From positions 4,032,001 through 4,096,000 of the forward strand of contig OZ257156.1 in NCBI GenBank assembly GCA_965279375.1: a stretch of DNA of 64,000 nt, read 5' to 3'. The DNA comes from Gemmatimonas sp. Its GTDB lineage: Bacteria; Gemmatimonadota; Gemmatimonadetes; Gemmatimonadales; Gemmatimonadaceae. Below the pieces are notes generated by a model. That model was not told the origin of the DNA and did no database searches. It was given only the letters and a program-made list of their open reading frames with translations. Below, piece by piece: positions 30,550 to 40,793 of the stretch. Each line of letters opens with the position of its first letter. Within the stretch, counting starts at the first letter, position 1. The translations under genes were made by a program, and so were the position numbers.

Positions 30550-31293
30550 CTAGATCCGCCCTTCGCGGACCATGAGCGCGATCAGCTCGGAGCCGAAGCC
30601 TTCGAGCTCGCCATCGAAGCGATTCAGGCGTGCGGCGAACACGTTGTACGCGAAGGCCGCAGGGATGGCGACGGTCAGCGCCGCCGCGGTAGCGATGAGC
30701 GCGATCGCGATGCCGGGGGCAACGGCCGTGATGTTGCCGGATCCCTTCTCAGTGATGCCGACGAACGCGCTGATCACGCCGAGCACGGTACCGAGCAGTC
30801 CGATGAGCGGACTCACACTGCCCACAGTGGCCAACCACGGGATGTACGTACCGAGGGCTTCGCGTTCCTTGCTGCTTTCGGCATCGAGCACCAGACGCAG
30901 CGCTTCCACCTGCGAGCCCGAGAGTCGCGCGGTGCGATCCCCCGTCGCCGCCATTGCCGGACGTGTGTCAGCGAGGAATTGCACCGCACGCGCGAAGACG
31001 GCGGTGAAGGCACTTCGCTTGGCGCGCTGCGCCATCTGCGCGGCTTCGTCGACACCTCGTGCGCGCTCGAACTCGCGCACGAACGAGCGCCCGTTGGATT
31101 CTGCGGAGCGGAAGGCGACCCACTTCGCGAACATCACGCCCCACGAGAGGAGCGAGAGCACCGCGAGGAGTACCAACACGGCCTTGGTGACCGCATCGCT
31201 CCCCGCAATCATGGAGATCAACGATGTCGGCGCTGACTCAGATGCTGCGCCGAGTTGTGCGAACAGAGCCAACGGGTACGCGCCAACCATCAT
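30550..31293 (-). CDS. tolQ: TolQ/ExbB/MotA proton channel
   Basis: LATVGSVSPLIGLLGTVLGVI, VAPGIAIALIATA, AIPA..AYN. Confidence 0.92.
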   Translation of the reverse strand: MMVGAYPLALFAQLGAASESAPTSLISMIAGSDAVTKAVLVLLAVLSLLSWGVMFAKWVAFRSAESNGRSFVREFERARGVDEAAQMAQRAKRSAFTAVFARAVQFLADTRPAMAATGDRTARLSGSQVEALRLVLDAESSKEREALGTYIPWLATVGSVSPLIGLLGTVLGVISAFVGITEKGSGNITAVAPGIAIALIATAAALTVAIPAAFAYNVFAARLNRFDGELEGFGSELIALMVREGRI

Positions 31294-32261
31294 CGCTTGG
31301 CCGCACCGCTGCGGTAGTCCGCGAAGTACTTGTACGTGTGGCCGAGTCCTTCCGAGAGCGACATCTTGGGCATCCAACCGAGGACCGCGCGCGCCTTCGC
31401 GACGTCGAGCGCCGAGCGGGCCAACTCGCCGGCACGTGCGGGAGCGTAGTCGATCGGGGCGCTCGCGCTGGACACGGATGCGATGGTCGTCGCCAAAGTA
31501 TTCACGGAAGTCTCGATGCCGGTGCCGATGTTGAAGGCGCGCGCGTCGACTCGCCCAGGCGCAGGCAGGCTGCTCGACGTGGCAGCCGCGAAGTTGGCTG
31601 CGGCCACATCGCCCGCATACACGTAGTCGCGCGTCTGGGTCCCGTCGCCGAACACTGTCAGTGCGCGTCCATCGAGCACGCGGTTGCAGAAGATCGCGAC
31701 GACGCCGGCCTCACCGTGAGGATCCTGTCGCGGACCGTACACATTGCCGTAACGCAGCGCGACGGTGTCGAGCTTGTGCACTCGGCCATAATACGCGAGG
31801 TAGTACTCGACCGAGAGCTTGGCGATGCCGTAGGGCGACTCCGGATCCTTCGAGAACGTCTCTGCGCTCGGCGGCGCATCGAAGTCCCCGTACAGCGCGC
31901 CACCGGTCGAGGAGAACACCACGCGCGTCGCGTGACCGCTGGCGTGCACCGCCTGCATCAGGTTGAGCGTGCCGAGGACGTTGCGCGTGGCGTCGTAGAC
32001 GGGATCCAGCACACTGCGGCGCACATCGATTTGCGCGGCGAGATGGCAGATGACATCGAACTTGCCCTCGCGTACGAGCGTCGCCGCATCGGGTGTGGTG
32101 ATGTCACCGCGTACGAACCGTGCGCCCGGGGTGAGGTTCTCTTCGCGGCCGCTCGAGAGATCGTCGAGCACAGTGACCTGCCAGCCTTCGGCCGAGAACC
32201 GATCTGCCACGTGCGAGCCAATGAAGCCCGCGCCACCCGTCACCAGCACCGTCTTCGCCAT
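31290..32261 (-). CDS. NAD-dependent epimerase/dehydratase (GalE-like)
   Basis: TGGAGFIGSH, HLAAQIDVR, SSTGGALYG, PYGIAK (YxxxK), GEAGVV. Confidence 0.92.
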   Translation of the reverse strand: MAKTVLVTGGAGFIGSHVADRFSAEGWQVTVLDDLSSGREENLTPGARFVRGDITTPDAATLVREGKFDVICHLAAQIDVRRSVLDPVYDATRNVLGTLNLMQAVHASGHATRVVFSSTGGALYGDFDAPPSAETFSKDPESPYGIAKLSVEYYLAYYGRVHKLDTVALRYGNVYGPRQDPHGEAGVVAIFCNRVLDGRALTVFGDGTQTRDYVYAGDVAAANFAAATSSSLPAPGRVDARAFNIGTGIETSVNTLATTIASVSSASAPIDYAPARAGELARSALDVAKARAVLGWMPKMSLSEGLGHTYKYFADYRSGAAKR

Positions 32262-32341
32262 GCCGACACATCCTCGCGAAATGGAAATTGCTGTGCGTGT
32301 CGGCCCGTGCGCTTCTTGGCGACACGCGTGATCCAATGTAC

Positions 32342-32382
32342 ACGCGCGCCTGCGACAATGTGGTCGCGGGCGCGCGTTTTTT
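32342..32382 (+). terminator. Intrinsic terminator-like hairpin oriented on the plus strand
   Basis: ACGCGCGCCTGCGAC-aatgtg-GTCGCGGGCGCGCGT then TTTTT; one G-U pair valid only on the plus strand. Confidence 0.6.
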
Positions 32383-32466
32383 CATCAACGATTTGCGGGG
32401 CCGGCGGTCACCGGCGCGCACGCATCAGGCGCGCGCGTTCTCGTTCGACGCCGAGCGGCGCTCCAA

Positions 32467-34134
32467 TCAGGGCACCCGGGCGACTCGCCGCGCGGCCACA
32501 CCCACGACGATATCTGAGCGCTCCTGCCGGACGACGATGCCCGTGCTCTCAGTCTGGCCGACGCGCACGATCCGAACACGCGCGATGCGCTCATCCCCCG
32601 TGTTGCCTGCGCCGCGCGGCGTGTGCAGCTCGAACTCATCGCCCGCCTGCACCCCTTGGGCCCGCCCGGCACCGAGCAGCAGATAGCTCTGCAGCGTAGG
32701 AAGCGACTCCGAGGTGTCAAGCCAGCGCACCGTCGTCTCGACATCGCTGGTGGCACTGGCGGCCGCCTTCACGGACGGCGCCATGGCGCTTCCCTCGACG
32801 GGCAGCAGCAGCTGCCCCTGCTCGATGTTCCCCGTCTGCTTCTGCACGAGCGCGTGCAGCGGCTTGCCCGGTGCCGTCGGGAGGATCTGCAGAATGCCAG
32901 TCGGAACGACGACGACGGGTCCCTTCTTCTTCGAGGCCGGCGCGATTTCACTGAGCACGACGAGGCGATCGCCGGCCGCCAGCGTGAGTCCGGCCGGTGC
33001 GGTGATCTCGACTTCGTCGGCCAGTGTGACACGCTGCTGCGATTCGATCAGGGCGCCGGTCGGCGCACCGACGCGATGGCGGACTCGGCCGCCCTTGGCG
33101 ATGGCGCTCTGTTCCAGCGAGAAGGGGGCAGCCTCATACTCGCCACGACGCGGCGCCGGCTTGTCCGCATACGACAGCGCTCGGGCCTGCGCGTCCACTT
33201 CGGCGGCCTCCGGTACGTGGCGCAGGAATACGGTGGCGGCCTCCTTGGGGCTGCGAGCGGCGTCGAGGTCGTCGCGGTCGACGAGTCCAATGCGAGTGGC
33301 CTTCCGCGTCATGAGCGTTTCGCTCTGGCGGCTGACGCGCGTCCCGAAGGTACGGCCGGAGTCCTGAGCGGCATCCCGAGTCGAGGCGTCGCTCGACGGG
33401 CTGTCACTCTTGGCGGCGGGCGTCGGAGCGACAGCAATGACGGCGGCCTTGGGAGCGGGCGCGGATGCGACGGCTTCGCGGCGCGCTGCGCCGTAGGCGA
33501 CCTTGTTGTTCGCAGCGCGCGGAGCGCGCGCGCTGGACGGGGCGGGTGCGGCGTCTCCCTTGTCGGCGGTCTGGGCGGAGAGCGTCGAACCCGCCGGCGC
33601 CGTCGTGGCTGGTGCAGGCGCTGCCGCCGGAGTCGCCGCGGGCGCGCTGCTGGCGGTCGGGCTGGTCGGTGCGACGGCGGCGGCGCGGACGTAAGCCGGC
33701 ACCGAATCGTCGGACTTGGCTGACTTGGCGGCCGTTGCCTTGGCTACGCGTGCGGCGGGGGCCTTGGCGGGCACCTTGAGCTTCATGCCAACCAGAAGAA
33801 TCTTGCCTTTCGCCGGCGTAAGGGCGTTGCGCCGAGCGAGTTCCTGCCACTGATGTCCGTCGCCGTAGTAGCGCTCTGCGAGTCCCCACAGCGACTCGCC
33901 GGCTTTGACCACATGCGCGGCGGAGCCGGAGTCAGTCTGCGCGGGTGCGACGTGCGCAGCCGCGTCCGTCGAGGGCGCGCCGTGCGCGGGAGCGCTTTGC
34001 GCGTGCACCACCGTCGGCCGCCAAACAAGCAGCAGTGCGAACGTGGCGAGAACGGCGAGCGCGAGTTTGCCCATGGCGGCGCGGGCAGTAGCTGCTGAAA
34101 CGACGGACGGGTGCGCAAGTGTTGCAGCGCGCAT
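32467..34134 (-). CDS. Exported LysM protein with FlgT_C-like C-terminus (TsaP-like)
   Basis: Signal peptide ending VVHA-Q; LysM HVVKAGESLWGLAERYYGD..W..L..N; Ala/Pro linker; LLLGAGRAQGVQAGDEF..IARVRIVRV..STG; start uncertain. Confidence 0.8.
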   Translation of the reverse strand: MRAATLAHPSVVSAATARAAMGKLALAVLATFALLLVWRPTVVHAQSAPAHGAPSTDAAAHVAPAQTDSGSAAHVVKAGESLWGLAERYYGDGHQWQELARRNALTPAKGKILLVGMKLKVPAKAPAARVAKATAAKSAKSDDSVPAYVRAAAVAPTSPTASSAPAATPAAAPAPATTAPAGSTLSAQTADKGDAAPAPSSARAPRAANNKVAYGAARREAVASAPAPKAAVIAVAPTPAAKSDSPSSDASTRDAAQDSGRTFGTRVSRQSETLMTRKATRIGLVDRDDLDAARSPKEAATVFLRHVPEAAEVDAQARALSYADKPAPRRGEYEAAPFSLEQSAIAKGGRVRHRVGAPTGALIESQQRVTLADEVEITAPAGLTLAAGDRLVVLSEIAPASKKKGPVVVVPTGILQILPTAPGKPLHALVQKQTGNIEQGQLLLPVEGSAMAPSVKAAASATSDVETTVRWLDTSESLPTLQSYLLLGAGRAQGVQAGDEFELHTPRGAGNTGDERIARVRIVRVGQTESTGIVVRQERSDIVVGVAARRVARVP

Positions 34135-34349
34135 CGGCGATGCCTCGAAGTAGGAGAGCGACGCGCCACCGAACGCGGGGCGCAGGCTGGGCGGCTCCGA
34201 GACGGCTGGGAGCATCCCAACGGGAGACGCATGCCGAGCACGCACGTAACGTGTGCGGCATCACGTGGCGGGCGCTTCGCATTACAGCCGGCACTTGAGC
34301 CGAGTCCGTCGACAATCACATTGGCGGGCGTTCCCGCGAGAGCCCGCGG

Positions 34350-34382
34350 GTCGTACGCCGACGAATGCGTTCGGCGTACGAC
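34350..34382. terminator. Hairpin downstream of ssb
   Basis: GTCGTACGCCGA-N9-TCGGCGTACGAC perfect 12-bp stem, no U tract. Confidence 0.55.
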
Positions 34383-34403
34383 TGGGGTTACCTAACCTGG
34401 AGC

Positions 34404-34898
34404 TTAGAACGGCAGATCGTCGTCTTCGTCTTCCAGCGCACCGGGGAAGTCGCTGAAATCGTCGCCGCCGGCCGCGGCTGCGGCCGCAGGTTTGGCGCGG
34501 GGAGGTGCGGACCGGCGCGGCGCGCTGTCCATCTCGTCTCCACCGCCGCCGGCGCGACCGCCCAGCAGCATGAGCTCACGCACCTTGATCTCGGTGGTGT
34601 AGCGGGTCTGGCCTTCCTTGTCCTGCCACTGGCGGTACTCGATCTCTCCTTCGACGTACACGCGCTCGCCTTTCTTGACGTACTTCTCGACCACGTCGGC
34701 CAGCGAGCCGGCCTTGTTGTTCCAGACCACGCAGCGATGCCACTCGGTCTTTTCCTGCTTGGCGCCGCTGGCGTCGTTCCAGACGCGACCAGTGGCGAGC
34801 GAAAACTGCGCCACGCGTCCGCCGTTGCCGACGGCGCGGACTTCGGGATCACTCCCGACGTTGCCAATCAAAATGGCCTTGTTCAGGCTGCGACTCAT
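34404..34898 (-). CDS. ssb: Single-stranded DNA-binding protein
   Basis: SLNKAILIGNVGSDPE, EKTEWHR, C-terminal DDDLPF. Confidence 0.97.
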   Translation of the reverse strand: MSRSLNKAILIGNVGSDPEVRAVGNGGRVAQFSLATGRVWNDASGAKQEKTEWHRCVVWNNKAGSLADVVEKYVKKGERVYVEGEIEYRQWQDKEGQTRYTTEIKVRELMLLGGRAGGGGDEMDSAPRRSAPPRAKPAAAAAAGGDDFSDFPGALEDEDDDLPF

Positions 34899-34938
34899 GG
34901 GGTCTCCTTGCTGGGCGGAAGTAATTCGGTTGCAGGGG

Positions 34939-34967
34939 AAGGTAGGACCCGCGAGAGCCCCGAACAA
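34939..34967 (-). promoter_or_regulatory. Putative sigma70 promoter of ssb
   Basis: Minus strand TTGTTC-N17-TACCTT. Confidence 0.5.
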
Positions 34968-35020
34968 ACCCTTGTATTTCGCGCGGTAGCGTTTCCTTGC
35001 CCGCGGCAGTTTGCGCCCGA

Positions 35021-35488
35021 TCAGGGGGTCGGCGCGAGGTCGCGACGCATGACCAACGCGTCTTCGAGGGGATCCCGGTAGTAGGCCCGTCGCCGACCGA
35101 CCGGGACGAATCCGCGGGAGGCGTAGAGTCCGCGCGCGGCGTCGTTTGAGGTGCGCACCTCGAGAAAGAGCTGCGCGATGCCGTCCATCACCGATGCGGT
35201 GATCGCATCGTCCAGCAAAATGCCGCCGACTCCGGCACCTCGCACCGTGGGTTGCACGGCGATGTTTGCAATCTCTCCCTCATCGGCGGCGTGTATGCGC
35301 ACGCAGTATCCAACAAGGTGCTCCGTCTGACGGTCGGTCGCCACCATCACGCGCGCATGCGCCGCGTTGATCAACTCCGTGAACGCCGACTCGGGCCACG
35401 GGTCGGAGAACGCAGCCAGCTCGATGGTCGCCATCGCCGGGGCGTCGGCAGCGACCGCCAGCCGCAGCGCCACTTCGTCGGGTGCCAT
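35021..35488 (-). CDS. rimI: Ribosomal protein alanine N-acetyltransferase RimI
   Basis: IELAAFSDPW, EIANIAV, FLEVRTSN..ARGLY..GF..GRRRAYY..EDALVM. Confidence 0.92.
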   Translation of the reverse strand: MAPDEVALRLAVAADAPAMATIELAAFSDPWPESAFTELINAAHARVMVATDRQTEHLVGYCVRIHAADEGEIANIAVQPTVRGAGVGGILLDDAITASVMDGIAQLFLEVRTSNDAARGLYASRGFVPVGRRRAYYRDPLEDALVMRRDLAPTP

Positions 35489-35511
35489 CGCCTTCGCCTG
35501 CTTGCGCACGA

Positions 35512-36189
35512 TCAGGAAACCGGCAGGGCGCGTCCGTGCGCGTCTTCCCACTTCACTTGCGCTTCCGCGAGCCGGCCGTAGTCCGGCTCCCACGCATTCA
35601 GGTCCACGGGACCCGCATCTTCCCAGTCCACGCACCGGACGAGGCGTGCCGCGTCGGGCTCGACGATGCGGTACTCCAGCGTCGACTCCGGCGACGCGAT
35701 CACAGCAATGCGCCGCCGACCCACCGACTCGGCGGCCAGCGACTCCATCGCGATCCGCCGCACTGCGCCTTCGCCGTGCACTCGTCCGGCCTCGTCGATG
35801 CGCACGTTCAGCGCGAAGCGTTCGGCTCGCAGAGCGTCCGCGTGCACCAGGTACAGCCCGGGCTCGTCGCTCGCGGCTGCGGCCAGAAGCAACGACGACA
35901 CGGCGTAGAGCGGCGCGCCATTCGCGAATGCGATCCCCTTGGCAAACGCCCCCGCGATGCGAAGCGATGTGAAGCTGCCCGGACCTGCGCCGCAGACGAC
36001 GGCGCGTAGATCGCGCGCGACCAGCCCCGCCTGCAGCAACAGCGCATCCACGGCGGGGGTCAGCGCGTCGTCTCGCGTCGCGCCCATGGCCACGTCGGCT
36101 CTCGCGACGACTTGGCCATCGACCAGGAGAGCCGCAGAGCCCGAAGGCGTCGCGGCTTCAACGACGAGCAGAGGTGAGGGCGTGTGCAC
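35512..36189 (-). CDS. tsaB: t6A tRNA modification protein TsaB
   Basis: LLVVEAAT, GAGPGSFTSLRI, DALRAE, EPDYGR. Confidence 0.9.
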   Translation of the reverse strand: MHTPSPLLVVEAATPSGSAALLVDGQVVARADVAMGATRDDALTPAVDALLLQAGLVARDLRAVVCGAGPGSFTSLRIAGAFAKGIAFANGAPLYAVSSLLLAAAASDEPGLYLVHADALRAERFALNVRIDEAGRVHGEGAVRRIAMESLAAESVGRRRIAVIASPESTLEYRIVEPDAARLVRCVDWEDAGPVDLNAWEPDYGRLAEAQVKWEDAHGRALPVS

Positions 36190-36241
36190 CCGAGGAGAAT
36201 TCGCTTTGCCACGCGTCGAATCAAGGGCCGAGCGAACTTCC

Positions 36242-37708
36242 TTACGCGACGTGCACGCGCAGCAGCGACGGACGTGACTGTGCGCGCAGGATGTCGAAGG
36301 TTTCATCCCCCTTCGAGGCGAGCAGCGCAAACGTGCCCTGCTCCGCCAGCGCCGCCGTCGCGTCCAGCACGGTGGGGTCGAACGCCGTGCCGCGATCGCC
36401 AGCCATGATCTCGAGCACCTTGGGCACCGCTAGCCCGTCTCGATACGGACGGTCCGCCGTCAACGCCTCGTACACATCCGAGGCCGCCAGCACGCGCGAC
36501 ATGAAGTCGAGGTCGTGAGCACCGATGCCCCACGGATACCCGCGCCCGTCGATGCGCTCGTGATGCCGCGCGGAGGAGGGCGCGAAATGCGCGAAGACGT
36601 CCACACGCTCGAGAATCTGCAGCGTCCAGAGGGGATGCTTTTTCACCTCGTCACGCTCTTCGTCCGTCAATCGGCCGGGCTTGTCGAGAATACGATTCGA
36701 CACACCCAACTTCCCGATGTCGTGCAGCAGGCCGGCGCGCAGCATGTCGCGCGCCAGCTCGGTGTCGGCGCCCATGGCCGTGGCAATACCGACGGCGTAG
36801 CGTGCCACGTTGGTGGAGTGTCGATACGTGAACGGCGTCTTGGCGTCGATCACGGCGGCAAACGCATACGCGATGGCATCCAATCGATCGTCGGTGGCGA
36901 CCAGCGGCTCCGCACCAGGTTCCAGGGCGATCACTGCGTCATCCAGCGCACTGAAATCGGCGAGCTGCTCCCACCACGCGGTATCGCGCTTCCAGCTCTG
37001 GACGATGTCCACCATGCTCGGGTCGAACCAGCGACCGCGCCGTCGCTTCGCCATCTCCAACGCCGCCGCGATCCCGTTCTCCATCCAATACGCCTCGACG
37101 GTCTGCGCCAACAGCAAGACGCGCGAGAGCACGGGGATTTCGTCACCCGAGAGACCGACGGGATGACCGACTCCGCACCAATGCTCATCCACGTGTCCGA
37201 TCGCTTCTGATGTCGCCGGCGGGAAGCCTAGAGCGACGGCAATCTGCGCGCCGCGTTCACAGCGCGCCTGGATGATCTCGCGCGTCATCTCCGGCGTGCC
37301 GGCGATGCGCAGGAAATGCTGAATGCGCGCGATGGGATTCCGGCCGACGCCACAGTTGCGTGCGGTCCGCATCGCCAGTCGCCACTTGTCGTGCCAATCG
37401 ACCAGACGCATCTCGCGCTTTACCGACTGGTCGTCGGATCCGAACAGCGATGCCATGCGCGCGGCGTTGCTGGAGCAGCCGGAGTCCTTGAGCAGGGCCG
37501 CGTAGTACAGCGCGCCGAGCATGTCTTGATCGAGCCCGTACTCGCGGCCGATGCGCATGGCGATCAACGCGGAGCGCAGCGTGTGCCCGGGGCGCTGTCC
37601 CTCGGTCAGGTCGAGTGCGTACGTCAGCGCCGAAATTACCTCGGCCAGACGCACCGTCGTGGCGCGCGGGGCGCGGAACTCTCGAGAAGACGTGTGAAAA
37701 ACTGGCAT
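36242..37708 (-). CDS. Tandem HD/HD-GYP protein (putative cyclic dinucleotide phosphodiesterase)
   Basis: Degenerate N-terminal domain (LLKDSG, EHWCGVGHP); intact C-terminal LLHDIGK and HHERIDGRGYP. Confidence 0.9.
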   Translation of the reverse strand: MPVFHTSSREFRAPRATTVRLAEVISALTYALDLTEGQRPGHTLRSALIAMRIGREYGLDQDMLGALYYAALLKDSGCSSNAARMASLFGSDDQSVKREMRLVDWHDKWRLAMRTARNCGVGRNPIARIQHFLRIAGTPEMTREIIQARCERGAQIAVALGFPPATSEAIGHVDEHWCGVGHPVGLSGDEIPVLSRVLLLAQTVEAYWMENGIAAALEMAKRRRGRWFDPSMVDIVQSWKRDTAWWEQLADFSALDDAVIALEPGAEPLVATDDRLDAIAYAFAAVIDAKTPFTYRHSTNVARYAVGIATAMGADTELARDMLRAGLLHDIGKLGVSNRILDKPGRLTDEERDEVKKHPLWTLQILERVDVFAHFAPSSARHHERIDGRGYPWGIGAHDLDFMSRVLAASDVYEALTADRPYRDGLAVPKVLEIMAGDRGTAFDPTVLDATAALAEQGTFALLASKGDETFDILRAQSRPSLLRVHVA

Positions 37709-37848
37709 GACGCGACGGGTTGTGAACGCTCTGCGGCGGCCTACCGCACCACGAGAGACGACGGTGGAACGTCTCTGTCACAATCGACGCGCGTCTCGCG
37801 CAGGCGCATCATGCGCGGGCGCGTCACGCCTTGGCGAGCGGACGACCG

Positions 37849-38331
37849 TCAGCGCAGCAACGGCGCGTTAATGCGGAGCAGTCGACGCGCCGGGTCCGCC
37901 GGATCGTGCGTCAGCGTGATGGCGATGGTGTCGCGCGGCAGCGTGGAGGCCGCGCGCTCGGGCCATTCCACCAGCAGTACGTTGGCCGTGGCCACGAGTT
38001 CGTCCCATCCCAACGCCTCGAGCTCCGCATCACTACGCAGGCGATACAGGTCCACATGCGTGACCGCGCCACGCGGTGCGGGATACTGCTGTACCAGCGA
38101 AAACGTAGGACTCGTCACCTCGCTCAAGTCCGTCACGCCAAGTCCGGCGCACAGCGAGCGCGCGAGCGTCGTCTTGCCGGCCCCCAGATCGCCGGAAAGC
38201 GTGATGACACAAGGCCGCGGCAACGCGGCTCCCACGGCGCGTCCCCACGTTTCCAGCGTATCGCGATCGGGCGCGCGGGGGGCGCCTCGGTCCAGCAGCT
38301 GCGCGAGCGAGGGCGACTGATTGGCCGGCAC
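37849..38331 (-). CDS. tsaE: t6A ATPase TsaE
   Basis: LSGDLGAGKTT, VTSPTF, HVDLYRL, VEW. Confidence 0.96.
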   Translation of the reverse strand: MPANQSPSLAQLLDRGAPRAPDRDTLETWGRAVGAALPRPCVITLSGDLGAGKTTLARSLCAGLGVTDLSEVTSPTFSLVQQYPAPRGAVTHVDLYRLRSDAELEALGWDELVATANVLLVEWPERAASTLPRDTIAITLTHDPADPARRLLRINAPLLR

Positions 38332-40455
<2,124 letters not shown>

Positions 40456-40541
40456 GACCAATAATATACGCGAGGGGCTCGGCTTTTGTTCGGTTTCGTG
40501 CTTTTGTGACAGGGATCTGACCGAGACGGGCGACGGCCGAT

Positions 40542-40569
40542 TCAAGAATTGGGCCTGAGGCGCCGATCA
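40542..40569 (+). promoter_or_regulatory. Putative sigma28 (FliA)-type promoter of the MCP gene
   Basis: TCAAG-N15-GCCGATCA upstream of a chemoreceptor. Confidence 0.55.
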
Positions 40570-40793
40570 CAGATGGGGGCGGTCTGCTGAGCCCTACCTG
40601 TTCGTTGCGATGCAGCAGCGATTGGTCCGAGTGATCTCCTCGGAGACTCGATGCGCTTGTTCAAAATGGAAGTTATGCCGGCCCCACGGTCGTGCGCGTC
40701 AGTGTCTCTCGGGACGACGGTCGCTTACGCACTCTCGTGGAACGCGGCCCCGCAGACACAATCGTGTGCGGCGCGACGCGACGGTCAACGCTG

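Noticed and set aside
34134..34403. c-di-AMP (ydaO) riboswitch upstream of the LysM gene
   Set aside because: Conserved ydaO sequence elements were not visible by eye; only generic hairpins.
40570..40793. c-di-GMP riboswitch in the MCP leader
   Set aside because: No GEMM-I GCAAAC..GAAA..GACGCAAAG pattern found.
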